This document shows positions 8,779 through 17,554 of a stretch of 64,000 nt of DNA, piece after piece. The notes beneath the pieces were generated by a model. That model had not been told where the DNA came from and ran no database searches. It saw only the letters and a list, made by a program, of their open reading frames with translations. Source of the stretch: an uncultured Candidatus Saccharibacteria bacterium (GTDB taxonomy: Bacteria > Patescibacteriota > Saccharimonadia > Saccharimonadales > JBBQAJ01). The position numbers were made by a program, and so were the translations under genes. Location of the stretch: positions 91 through 64,090 of the forward strand of contig CAZQHP010000001.1 of the NCBI GenBank assembly GCA_964593805.1, in the 5' to 3' direction. The stretch's first letter is position 1. Each line of letters starts with the position of its first letter.

Positions 8779-9873
8779 ATGGCTCGTGTCGTAAAGAACG
8801 CTTCAAGAAAAAACAACAAGTCTAGAACTAGCTCAAGAAGACTTGGCTTTCGAAACAAGGTTTATCTAAGAAGTTCGCGGGCGTGGATATTTGCGCTGGC
8901 ATTTGCAGTAGTTGGCACTGTTTTGGTGTATAGAAGTTTTGCAGCAAGTAATTTGCCAAGCTATTCAGACGATATTGTCGCTGGTTATATTAATATGACT
9001 CCAACCAGCATAGTTAGGGACAGTGCGGGAAACCTAAGCTACGAAATGTATCCGGCCTCTACATACGTGCAGGTAGATGGTACTCTTGTTTGTGACCAAG
9101 GCGCATCGAATGGCTCTACGGTCACCACGGGCGCTTTGACAAAACGAGAAGTTGGCAAACTACATAAGGATCTGAATAGTTCCGGAGCCTTATCTTTGCC
9201 AGACGAAGTTTCTGCCGGTGATAAGTCAGCGGTCGTCGAATTTGAAGGCATCGTGATAGGCGGAGCCGAGTCTGCTAAGGGAACGGCCATTTATCCAGGA
9301 GCCAAGAAGCCTGCCGCATTTACCGAAGCCCAGGAGATGATCCAAGCCCTTTGCGCCAAAGCCAATAGCACAGTGGAACGCTCCACCATCAAGACCCCCA
9401 AAGAACCCAAACTGAAAAGTACTAAGAAAAGCGCCGTAACTTTTGTAGATAATCTGTTCACTGCCAAAGCGTCCGCTTGTTGCAACACCGGTACAAGGGA
9501 TACCGCTTTTGAAACTACCCATGCCAGTGCCATCAATACGTACCGGGCAAACAACAGTCGCACACAGCTGCCAAGAATTGCCTGCTTGGATAAAACAGCG
9601 CTGAACTGGACCCACAAAATGACCAACGCCGGGGCCATAAGCCACAATCCGAACTTGGGCAGCGACGTTACGAATAACTGCTACGTCTACTGGACAAAGC
9701 TTGGTGAAAACGTTGGCGTCGGCTATGACTCCTCTGGACTTATGGATGCGTTCATAAACAGCCCCTCCCACAATGCCAATTTGCTTGACAAGGACTGGAA
9801 ATATATGGGCATTGGCGGCGTCAAACATCCGGATGGACGTCTCTTCGTAACGCAGAACTACGCCAAGTGGTAA
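8779..9873 (+). CDS. Secreted/membrane-anchored protein with a C-terminal CAP/SCP (PR-1-like) domain
   Basis: RBS GGAG 7 nt before the ATG. N-terminal TM. C-terminus ..GENVGVGYDSSGLMDAFINSPSHNANLLDKDWKYMGIGG.. is typical of bacterial CAP/YkwD-like domains. Confidence 0.7.
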   Translation: MARVVKNASRKNNKSRTSSRRLGFRNKVYLRSSRAWIFALAFAVVGTVLVYRSFAASNLPSYSDDIVAGYINMTPTSIVRDSAGNLSYEMYPASTYVQVDGTLVCDQGASNGSTVTTGALTKREVGKLHKDLNSSGALSLPDEVSAGDKSAVVEFEGIVIGGAESAKGTAIYPGAKKPAAFTEAQEMIQALCAKANSTVERSTIKTPKEPKLKSTKKSAVTFVDNLFTAKASACCNTGTRDTAFETTHASAINTYRANNSRTQLPRIACLDKTALNWTHKMTNAGAISHNPNLGSDVTNNCYVYWTKLGENVGVGYDSSGLMDAFINSPSHNANLLDKDWKYMGIGGVKHPDGRLFVTQNYAKW

Positions 9874-9889
9874 TTACCGCTAAACGGTA

Positions 9890-11455
9890 ATGAATCGCAA
9901 GCTTGCAAAGTTTCGGTATCAAATCTCAGCACTAAGCGGCCTGGCAGCCGGGGGAGTTTTCTCGTTTGGCTTACCATCAGTATTGCTACCCCTGTTTATA
10001 CTTCCCTATTTTTTGATTTTTGTTGCATCTCCTAAGATCCTGAATTTAAAACAAAGCCTGAAATTTTCAGGTTTGTTTTTTTTCAGCTTTTTTCTTGTAG
10101 TTCTGGGCTGGTTTCTTGAGGTTGACGCGACCTTGCTGGCTGGACTCGATGAAAAATATGCCGGGCTATTTCTTGCCCTCTGTTTGGTTATTATGGCTGT
10201 GGTGCTGGCACTGGCGTGTCTTCCCATGGGGTACGTGCTGTACAAACTTCAAAGTCGGCTTAAAACACCTTCGCTGAAAACCGCAGCCATACTAGCCAGC
10301 GCCTGGGTCGTTCTAGAATGGTTCCGAAGCGTGGTGTTTGCGGCTTTTCTGTATGCGCCCGGTGCGAGTATTGGAGACTACTGGAACTTTGGAAGTTTGG
10401 GTCTGGGTTTAATATCCAGCCCGGCGGGATATTTGAGCAGAATCATAGGTATGTACGGCTTAAGCGCGCTTGCAGTTGTATGCTCGATATCTTTGGCTTG
10501 GGCTTTGGGGAAACGCTATAAGCCGCTTGTCTGGGTTCTGGTCTTCACGTTCATAGGCAGTCTGGCAAGCTATTCACTTATCACGCCAGAAAATACCAGC
10601 CAACCACTTAAAGCGAGCGTACTGCAACGAGAGGGCTTATACACTGATCTGGACGGGCCTTCAGCTGCTATAAAATACAAAGACGATTCCCCAAAAGCCC
10701 TAATAGTCCTCAGCGAATATTCAGCTGTCCATATAGCTGGCAATGAAGCCTTTTCCAAAAGATACGTGGAGAATCGACTGAGCGAAGATGGAGTAAGTAT
10801 AGACTTGTCCGCGGATTTCATATCTAAACCCCGTTATAGCCTGCTTGAAGCACGCAGTAGCAAAGGAGAAATCATTGACCTTCAAACGAAACAATTACTC
10901 ATACCGACCGGCGAATATTTACCAGGCATCCTCCAGCTGTTTTATAAACTAACTGCCCAGAACCGTATCAACGACTCGTTCGCGGATACCAGACAACTTC
11001 TGCGCGGGCAACCGCCACACCCCATTTACACCAAGCACGTCACTATAGCGCCTGTGGCTTGTTCGGGAATCTTGGGCAGAAATATATACCGGCAACTAGT
11101 AAATGATGGCGGCGAAGTGCTGACAAACAGCGCTTCTCTACTAATTTTTAGCGGCTCTGAATCATATTTTAGGCAATCTTTACAGATGGCTAGATTTCAC
11201 GCCATTGCCAATGACCGCACCTATATCCAGGCTTCGATGGGCGCGCCGGCTTTCGCAATCGATAATAAAGGAAATTACATAGTCGCACCGGAAGGCAAAA
11301 AGACAACCTTTATTGACTTCGAATTTCAACCCAACGACTACAAAACTGTTTATACGCGTTTTGGCGAGTGGCCGTTGCTTCTTAGCGGCACGGTCATGGC
11401 AGTCCTAGCTCTAGCCCGAGTCAATCAAAGTCTCAAAAATCGTCGAAAATCTTGA
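9890..11455 (+). CDS. lnt: Apolipoprotein N-acyltransferase-like protein (polytopic membrane domain plus CN-hydrolase domain)
   Basis: Multiple N-terminal TM segments. Candidate E-K-C triad contexts: ..VLSEYS.., ..TKQLLIPTGEYLPG.. (compare K..LVPFGE in Lnt), ..APVACSG.. Confidence 0.6.
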   Translation: MNRKLAKFRYQISALSGLAAGGVFSFGLPSVLLPLFILPYFLIFVASPKILNLKQSLKFSGLFFFSFFLVVLGWFLEVDATLLAGLDEKYAGLFLALCLVIMAVVLALACLPMGYVLYKLQSRLKTPSLKTAAILASAWVVLEWFRSVVFAAFLYAPGASIGDYWNFGSLGLGLISSPAGYLSRIIGMYGLSALAVVCSISLAWALGKRYKPLVWVLVFTFIGSLASYSLITPENTSQPLKASVLQREGLYTDLDGPSAAIKYKDDSPKALIVLSEYSAVHIAGNEAFSKRYVENRLSEDGVSIDLSADFISKPRYSLLEARSSKGEIIDLQTKQLLIPTGEYLPGILQLFYKLTAQNRINDSFADTRQLLRGQPPHPIYTKHVTIAPVACSGILGRNIYRQLVNDGGEVLTNSASLLIFSGSESYFRQSLQMARFHAIANDRTYIQASMGAPAFAIDNKGNYIVAPEGKKTTFIDFEFQPNDYKTVYTRFGEWPLLLSGTVMAVLALARVNQSLKNRRKS

Positions 11456-11476
11456 CCTCTGTTACAATACTCTAAT

Positions 11477-12568
11477 ATGAGTTTATCAATCGGGATTGTC
11501 GGGTTGCCAAATGTCGGTAAGTCTACGCTGTTTAATGCGCTGACAGACGGTGATATTCTGGCTGCCAATTATCCTTTTGCAACCATTGAACCAAATACTG
11601 GCATTGTGCCCATACCAGACGAACGGCTGCAAAAACTGGCAGATGTATACAAGACAAAAAACATCGTCCCCGCGACGGTTACATTTGTAGACATTGCCGG
11701 CCTGGTTGCCGGCGCCAGCCAAGGCGAAGGCCTGGGCAACCAATTTCTAGCAAATATTCGTAGTTGCAATGCCGTCTGCCATGTTGTCCGAGCTTTTACG
11801 GACGATAATGTCCTGCATGTTGACGCCAAACATAATCCTCAGAAAGATATCGAGGTTATTAATACCGAGCTGGCGCTCGCGGACCTCCAGACCGTAGAAA
11901 AACGCTTGCCCCAAAGCGAAAAAATGGCCAAAGCTGACCCCAAACTCAAGCCCCAGGTAGATGCACTTCTCTGGGCACGAGATATCCTAAACGACAGCGT
12001 GCCTTTATTTGCAGCTCCCTCACGACTTGCAGCTCACGACTTGCTTCTTCAGGAGCTTCAGCTCCTGACGGCAAAGCCGACTATATATTTATTTAACGTA
12101 GATGAAGAAACGCTGGCCGATGACGCCAAAAAATCTCAGCTGGCTCAGCTAGTCGCACCTGCGGAAGCAGTTTTTGTCTGTGCAAAGTTAGAAAGCGAAC
12201 TAAAAAGCCTGGACACTGCAGACCGCGTAGAATTGCTAGGCAGCTATGGGGTTCAAGAATCCGGGCTGGTCCAATTAACCCACGCCGCCTACGATACGCT
12301 CGGCCTGCAGAGTTTTCTGACTGCCGGCGAAAAAGAAGTCCGGGCCTGGACAATCCCAAAAAGTGCAACCGCTCCGCAAGCCGCCGGCGTAATTCATGGC
12401 GATTTTGAGCGCGGCTTTATAGCCGCCCAAATTGTAGATTATGATGACCTGATAACGGCTGGTTCAGAAGCGGCCGCTAGGAGCTCTGGCAAAGTACGCA
12501 CCGAAGGCAAAGATTACGCAATGCGCCCCAACGATGTAGTAGAATTCCGTTTCAACGTATCAAAATAG
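11477..12568 (+). CDS. ychF: Ribosome-binding ATPase YchF
   Basis: GIVGLPNVGKSTLFNALT P-loop, ..VDIAGLV.GAS.GEGLGN.FL.., and a C-terminal TGS-like ..DFERGFI.A.. Confidence 0.95.
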   Translation: MSLSIGIVGLPNVGKSTLFNALTDGDILAANYPFATIEPNTGIVPIPDERLQKLADVYKTKNIVPATVTFVDIAGLVAGASQGEGLGNQFLANIRSCNAVCHVVRAFTDDNVLHVDAKHNPQKDIEVINTELALADLQTVEKRLPQSEKMAKADPKLKPQVDALLWARDILNDSVPLFAAPSRLAAHDLLLQELQLLTAKPTIYLFNVDEETLADDAKKSQLAQLVAPAEAVFVCAKLESELKSLDTADRVELLGSYGVQESGLVQLTHAAYDTLGLQSFLTAGEKEVRAWTIPKSATAPQAAGVIHGDFERGFIAAQIVDYDDLITAGSEAAARSSGKVRTEGKDYAMRPNDVVEFRFNVSK

Positions 12569-12620
12569 CTGTTAGCTGTTAGCTGTTAGCTGTTAGCTGT
12601 TAGCTGTTAGCTGTTAGCTA
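12567..12620. repeat. Tandem heptanucleotide array (AGCTGTT) x7.7 filling the whole convergent intergenic spacer
   Basis: Direct reading. The array begins within the ychF TAG stop and ends 2 nt before the stop of the convergent gene at 12623. Confidence 0.97.
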
Positions 12621-12622
12621 CA

Positions 12623-13297
12623 TTATAGTTTTACAGTTACGGAATTTATATCCCAGTTCATGCTGATGTTGCGGATAATTTTTAGAGCGTCATTGTGTCC
12701 CGGTATGTTGTTTTCTTCGTAGTAATGGTCGCTTTCCATCAAATTTTCCGTTACGCTCAGGCAATAAATTTCGTCTCCAACTAAATGCATCCGGTCCACG
12801 GCATTTATGCTGGCTATCGGCGTGGCTATTATAAGTTTTTTAACCTTGGTCGGTTTTAGAAAGTCGGCGGCGACTTCCAGCGAAACACCACTCTGAAGCG
12901 CGTCAGAAACCAATATAACTACATGGTGCCTCAAAAATTTGGGATCTATTTCTCCCCCGTCGCTTAACAGTTTGTTGAGTTCATGAAATTTCTCAACCCG
13001 CTGGTCTTCAATCATGCCGTGATATTCGCTGACAAACTCGTCTATTTCCCCCTGGGAAAGTTTTTGGTTATAGGTAAGGGTGTTGGTGGTCATAGAAGCA
13101 AGCGGTTCGGTTTCGCCTGGCAGGATTATATTGTCGCTCAAAAGTACCATAAGGTTGGCGTGCAGCCGCATGGCAATCTGCGCGCCTACCAGCACCCCGC
13201 CGCTGTTAAGCGCCACCACTGCGCATTGTTCGCTTTTGTATCTTTTTAGCTTCAGCGCCAATTGGCGCCCGGCCTCGGCCCGATTTTTGAAATACAT
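12623..13297 (-). CDS. Phosphoribosyltransferase-family protein
   Basis: MYFKNRAEAGRQLALKL..AVVALNSGGVLVGAQIA.. matches the putative-PRTase pattern. The ATG at 13297 sits 6 nt after a TATAAT box. Confidence 0.65.
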   Translation of the reverse strand: MYFKNRAEAGRQLALKLKRYKSEQCAVVALNSGGVLVGAQIAMRLHANLMVLLSDNIILPGETEPLASMTTNTLTYNQKLSQGEIDEFVSEYHGMIEDQRVEKFHELNKLLSDGGEIDPKFLRHHVVILVSDALQSGVSLEVAADFLKPTKVKKLIIATPIASINAVDRMHLVGDEIYCLSVTENLMESDHYYEENNIPGHNDALKIIRNISMNWDINSVTVKL

Positions 13298-13380
13298 ATG
13301 CTTATTATAGCGTGCAAGCACGCCCAACACGAAGAATATTCAACATTCGGGCGTCAATAATCAAGAGTTGGATATTTTGC

Positions 13381-13926
13381 TTAGTAGAACCTGGAAACTC
13401 GGCGTCTAATGATGACCGGCATATTATTGTAAGGATTGATTACCTGCTGTCGCGGCGCCGCAAAAGCCGTCTCTACTAAATCGGGCTGAAGCAGACTTGT
13501 TGGAGACACGGCTGCCTGCTGGGCTGCATTTTGCTGCTGGCGAAAAATCATAACCTGTTCTTGTATGTAGCTGGTAAAACTGCGCAGTTTTGGGTGGTTG
13601 TAGCCGGTAAAAGAGATTGTTTTGTGTACCGTTCCCAGCCGTACCGTGGCGTCAATTAGACGATGGTTGTACTGGACATCAGATATCATGTCATAGCGTA
13701 TGTCTTCCAGCGTAAGATAAAATGGTTTTTTGTCAATCAATAGCACGCGCTTGTTTGTGGCGCAAAACAGCGCAAAACCGCCTTCATATCGTCCAATCAG
13801 GATGTGTTGCAACTGCTCGCCTTCAAATAATATTTTGGGAAGCTCACGAATTTCCGGCCGGCACCAAAATTGAAATCTAGCGCCCAGCCTTTTTAATTGC
13901 CTGCTGACTTCGTCTGCATGTACCAT
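13381..13926 (-). CDS. Bacterial PH-domain-like (YokE-type) protein
   Basis: ..LPKILFEGEQLQHILIGRYEGGFALFCATNKRVLLIDKKP.. pattern. GGGAG RBS 8 nt before the ATG at 13926. Confidence 0.45.
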   Translation of the reverse strand: MVHADEVSRQLKRLGARFQFWCRPEIRELPKILFEGEQLQHILIGRYEGGFALFCATNKRVLLIDKKPFYLTLEDIRYDMISDVQYNHRLIDATVRLGTVHKTISFTGYNHPKLRSFTSYIQEQVMIFRQQQNAAQQAAVSPTSLLQPDLVETAFAAPRQQVINPYNNMPVIIRRRVSRFY

Positions 13927-14077
13927 GACGCGCACTCCCTTTACGTACTCACAGACTAGTCTATTTTTAAGTATTTGTCGGTACGTTTCATCACCGCAAT
14001 AGTGAGACTTTTATCACATACCCGGCTGAATGGTAATATAGGCTGTTAATTTTTAAACTTTGTGTCATAATTAATCT

Positions 14078-14725
14078 ATGTTGGCCAATACCGCATACAC
14101 CGACGCGTGGGTCACCGCCTTCGGGAATGGGACCAAACTCAAATACAATAAAGGGGAATTCATTATTCGCCCGGGTGACGCCCCTTCGGGCGTTTTTTTT
14201 ATAGAATCGGGGCTAGTAAAAGCCTACGACATCACCAAATACGGCGAAGAAAACCTGCTGCTTATACGCAAGGAACACGAAATTTTCCCGCTTATCTGGG
14301 CAGTTACCGGTGCCGAACGCCATATTATTTACCAGACACTTAGCCCGACTACGGTGTGGCGCTTGAGTCGCGAAGACTATCTGGCGCATATAAACTCAAG
14401 CCCGGAGGCCACGTCTGCACTACTTATGATGGCGATTGAAATGTACCGCGTTCATTCGGAACGCATAATAAATCTGGAATACCGGACTGTCCGCGAACGC
14501 CTAATATCATTTATGCTGACTACTTCCCGCCGTTTTGGCAAAGAAACTGCAGATGGCTTATTGCTGGACGTACCACTCCGGCAGCAAGACATAGCCAGTT
14601 CCATAAATGCCTCGCGTGAAACTACCAGCCGCGAACTTTCAGCACTGGAAAAAAAGGGTCTGATTGCTACCAGCCCGCAGTACATAATCATCAAAGACAA
14701 AGCCAAATTACGTTCGTATCTTTAG
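14078..14725 (+). CDS. Crp/Fnr-family transcriptional regulator
   Basis: N-terminal cNMP-binding-like beta-roll (..GVFFIESGLVKAY..). C-terminal HTH ..RERLISFML..QQDIASSINASRETTSRELSALEKKGLI.. Confidence 0.85.
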   Translation: MLANTAYTDAWVTAFGNGTKLKYNKGEFIIRPGDAPSGVFFIESGLVKAYDITKYGEENLLLIRKEHEIFPLIWAVTGAERHIIYQTLSPTTVWRLSREDYLAHINSSPEATSALLMMAIEMYRVHSERIINLEYRTVRERLISFMLTTSRRFGKETADGLLLDVPLRQQDIASSINASRETTSRELSALEKKGLIATSPQYIIIKDKAKLRSYL

Positions 14726-14728
14726 GTT

Positions 14729-15481
14729 TCAGTTGAGCTTTGCCAACACGTAAAAACGTTCACGGTTGCCCTTTGCGCCGGCCACTTTTGAATCGGCTTT
14801 TTTGATGACTTTGAACAATTTTTGTGTCCAAATTTCGAAGTCTTTTAAGATGTTACGCCGCATAGAATCGTTCTTTATGACCCCTTTGTGCTTGAGTTCC
14901 GCGCCGCTTTCAAATTGTGGTTTTACCATCACGATTATTTGGGTTTCTTTACTGCAAAGCTGAGCAACATGTGGCAAGATTTCACGCAGGCTTATGAACG
15001 AAACATCAGCCACAACCATGTCGATTTTATGGTCAGTTGCAAAGGAACGGATGTCGGTTTTTTCATGTAACTCAACGTGCGGATCATTTCGCAATCTCAC
15101 ATGCATTTGATCGGTACCTACGTCGACTGCGATCACTTTTTTGGCACCACCCCGAAGCGCCAATTCCGTAAAACCACCCGTAGAAGATCCTACGTCCAAC
15201 ACAACTTTGTCCTGGAAGTCTAGATTCAAAGCCTCAACTACTGAATGTAGCTTTTCCCCCGCTCGCGACACAAAACTCACTCTGGATTTCACTTCAATCG
15301 GCGTTTCTTGGTCTATTATAAATCCTGCTTTCGTTGCCACGACGCCTCTGACGCTTACAAACCCGCGGCGAATAATGTCTTCTGCTTGGGAACGCGAGCT
15401 AACCAGCCCCCGCCGAAGTAATTCCTTGTCCAGCCGTTGCTTATTTGATGCGCTCACGATAATTGCCTGTCGCGGTGTCAA
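14729..15481 (-). CDS. tlyA: TlyA-family rRNA 2'-O-methyltransferase (hemolysin A-like)
   Basis: S4-like RLDKELLRRGLVSSRSQAEDIIRRG.. and SAM motif VLDVGSSTGGFTE. The start is uncertain (TTG 15481 or GVG-context GTG 15457), and both overlap the efp 3' end. Confidence 0.85.
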   Translation of the reverse strand: MTPRQAIIVSASNKQRLDKELLRRGLVSSRSQAEDIIRRGFVSVRGVVATKAGFIIDQETPIEVKSRVSFVSRAGEKLHSVVEALNLDFQDKVVLDVGSSTGGFTELALRGGAKKVIAVDVGTDQMHVRLRNDPHVELHEKTDIRSFATDHKIDMVVADVSFISLREILPHVAQLCSKETQIIVMVKPQFESGAELKHKGVIKNDSMRRNILKDFEIWTQKLFKVIKKADSKVAGAKGNRERFYVLAKLN

Positions 15482-16001
15482 CAGAGATAACGTCGCCGGT
15501 TTTTACAAATGCCGGTACTTTAATAATCAATCCCGTTTCAACGGTCGCATCTTTAGTAATTGACGAACTAGTGTCGCCTTTTACGGCGTCTTCGGCATAG
15601 GTGACCTTCAGCGGCACATTTTTAGGAAGTTCTATGTTGATTACCCGCCCGTCGAAAAGCTGGGCTTGAACTGTATCACCCTCTTTCATATAACCGGCCT
15701 TCTCCGTCAAATCCTCAGCCGGCAGCTCAAACTGTTCAAAGGTGTTTTGATCCATGAAGTGGAAGCCGCTATCGCTGTACAAAAACTGTACGTTTTTGTT
15801 GGTCACGTCGGCCGGTTCTATGGAATCATTACCCTTGAATGTCTTGTTCAGCACCTTGCCGTCCAGTAAACTTTTTATTTTGACGTTCACAATAGAGCCG
15901 CCGCGTCCCATGACCTTCTGCCCATACTCAACCACCCGGTACGGTACGTCATCCAGTTGAAAAATCTGTCCTTTTTTTAAATCAGTCGGTCCAAACGCCA
16001 T
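15441..16001 (-). CDS. efp: Elongation factor P
   Basis: ..DLKKGQIFQLDDVPYRVVEYGQKVMGRGGSIVNVKIKSLLDGK.. Full length, 186 aa. Confidence 0.95.
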   Translation of the reverse strand: MAFGPTDLKKGQIFQLDDVPYRVVEYGQKVMGRGGSIVNVKIKSLLDGKVLNKTFKGNDSIEPADVTNKNVQFLYSDSGFHFMDQNTFEQFELPAEDLTEKAGYMKEGDTVQAQLFDGRVINIELPKNVPLKVTYAEDAVKGDTSSSITKDATVETGLIIKVPAFVKTGDVISVDTATGNYRERIK

Positions 16002-16023
16002 ACAAAATTTCTCCGAAATTTTG

Positions 16024-16058
16024 AGCTATCAGCTGTCAGCTGTCAGCTCTTAGCTAGT
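16024..16058. repeat. Degenerate tandem heptamer array (AGCTNTC-like) x5
   Basis: agctatc agctgtc agctgtc agctctt agctagt, between the ssb stop and the efp start. Confidence 0.9.
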
Positions 16059-16534
16059 TAAAACGGAATGTCATCTAGGTTTATTGGTTCGTCGCCGATG
16101 TCTTCAATGACTATGTCGTCTTTTTTGGGTGCTTTGCTGGGTTTTGGCGTCTGGTCACTTTGATCACCACCATCGCTATTGCTGGAACCACTACTTTGGC
16201 CGCCTGCTCCGCCAAGGAATGTTACGTCTTGAGCCACCACCTCTACCTTGCTGCGCTTCTGGCCGTCTTTTTCCCAGCTACTTGACTGCAAGCGTCCATT
16301 TACCAAGCAAGGCCGGCCCTTGGTCAGATACTGCGCCACGCGCTCTCCTAGCGGCCCCCAGGCCACAATATCCACGTAATCGGTAGCCTCTTTCCACTCG
16401 CCGTCGCCGCCTTTGAAACTGCGGTTGAGCGCCAAACTGAACGAACAAACGTTCTGTCCATTCGGCGTTTGCCGAAGTTCCGGGTCCCGAGTCAGGTTGC
16501 CCATTAATATTACTTGGTTAAAACTTCGAGCCAT
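16058..16534 (-). CDS. ssb: Single-stranded DNA-binding protein
   Basis: NQVILMGNLTRDPELR OB-fold start, Gly/Ser-rich linker, acidic tip ..DDIPF. GGAG RBS. Confidence 0.95.
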   Translation of the reverse strand: MARSFNQVILMGNLTRDPELRQTPNGQNVCSFSLALNRSFKGGDGEWKEATDYVDIVAWGPLGERVAQYLTKGRPCLVNGRLQSSSWEKDGQKRSKVEVVAQDVTFLGGAGGQSSGSSNSDGGDQSDQTPKPSKAPKKDDIVIEDIGDEPINLDDIPF

Positions 16535-16614
16535 TTTAATCTCCTTAGAAGAACTATGTCTTCGATTAATGTTAGTAATGCTACTTTACGCCCCGTAAAT
16601 TCGTGCGTCAAGTC

Positions 16615-16818
16615 TTAGTTTGAAGCCACAAAAGGCAAAAGGGCTATATGCCTGGCTCTTTTGATAGCAATCGCTAAACGGCGTTGTTCGTGCTCTTTCA
16701 AACCAGTTTTTTTACGTGATTCAATCTGTCCAAAGCCATTTACATAACGCTGGAGGGTTTTGAAATCTTTGTAGTCAAAATAAGCTACGTCAGTTCGGTG
16801 TTTAAAAATCTTGGCCAT
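16615..16818 (-). CDS. rpsR: 30S ribosomal protein S18
   Basis: ..FDYKDFKTLQRYV...GQI..RKKTGL...QRRLAIAIKRARHIALLPF. GGAAGG RBS. Confidence 0.95.
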   Translation of the reverse strand: MAKIFKHRTDVAYFDYKDFKTLQRYVNGFGQIESRKKTGLKEHEQRRLAIAIKRARHIALLPFVASN

Positions 16819-16836
16819 AAATTTAATCTTCCTTCC

Positions 16837-17055
16837 TTAATTACCTACTGTACATTTACCATTACTCACTATACGAAATATTTCTGATATCATTCTGTTA
16901 CCCAAAGCATATTTAACGCCTGCCAAAACGTCTGTTTCAGTTACACGCACTTCGTACACTGTTCCATCTGAATATATTTCAGGCTGATCGTCTGGTGGCA
17001 GTTTATTTAAAGGGCAAACTTCACATCGTTTTCCAGGTTCACAAACCCTTATCAC
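16837..17055 (-). CDS. Hypothetical 72-aa Cys-containing protein between rpsF and rpsR (coding status uncertain)
   Basis: The ORF starts at a GTG 2 nt after the rpsF stop. CEPGKRCEVC motif. The DNA is visibly more AT-rich than its flanks. I recognise no homolog. Confidence 0.35.
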   Translation of the reverse strand: MIRVCEPGKRCEVCPLNKLPPDDQPEIYSDGTVYEVRVTETDVLAGVKYALGNRMISEIFRIVSNGKCTVGN

Positions 17056-17057
17056 GT

Positions 17058-17447
17058 TTATTCCTCTTCCTTTTCTTCGTCGTCATCATCATTGGCACGA
17101 TCGCCGCGTTCAGCGTTTTTCTTGGCTTTTTCGGCTTTGGTGGCTTCAGCTTTGGCAATAGCCTTTAAGTCTGGGCGGGAAATCAGGTAGCGAATCACTT
17201 CGTCAGTTATATTCAGCGTGCTCTCCAGCTTCTTAACGCCTTCACCAGGCACTTCTACGGTGTAGAACACGTAAATTGCGTGTTCCTGCTTTTTTATGTC
17301 GTAGGCCAGCTTGCGCTTGCCCCAGTTATCCGCGGCCACCACTTTACCGCCGTTACTGGTGATGATTTTGGCCACCTTTTCTTCGGCTTTGGACAAATCC
17401 ACTTCCAAATCCGGGTGATACAATACCGCAATCTCGTATTGATTCAA
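17058..17447 (-). CDS. rpsF: 30S ribosomal protein S6 with acidic C-terminal tail
   Basis: AAGGAG-N6-TTG at 17447 gives LNQYEIAVLYHPD.., the typical S6 N-terminus. The longer ORF-track start at 17525 lacks an RBS. Confidence 0.9.
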   Translation of the reverse strand: MNQYEIAVLYHPDLEVDLSKAEEKVAKIITSNGGKVVAADNWGKRKLAYDIKKQEHAIYVFYTVEVPGEGVKKLESTLNITDEVIRYLISRPDLKAIAKAEATKAEKAKKNAERGDRANDDDDEEKEEE

Positions 17448-17554
17448 GAGAATCTCCTTTGGCTTAAAGCCTACACGCACGTTCTGGCTGTAAGCTGAGT
17501 TAATAGCCAGGTAAGTATATCGCACTCACCCCTGTTCGTCAACCCGGTGTCAGA

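Noticed and set aside
12567-12620. CRISPR array
   Set aside because: The units are 7 nt and directly tandem with no spacers, and no cas genes are in the window.
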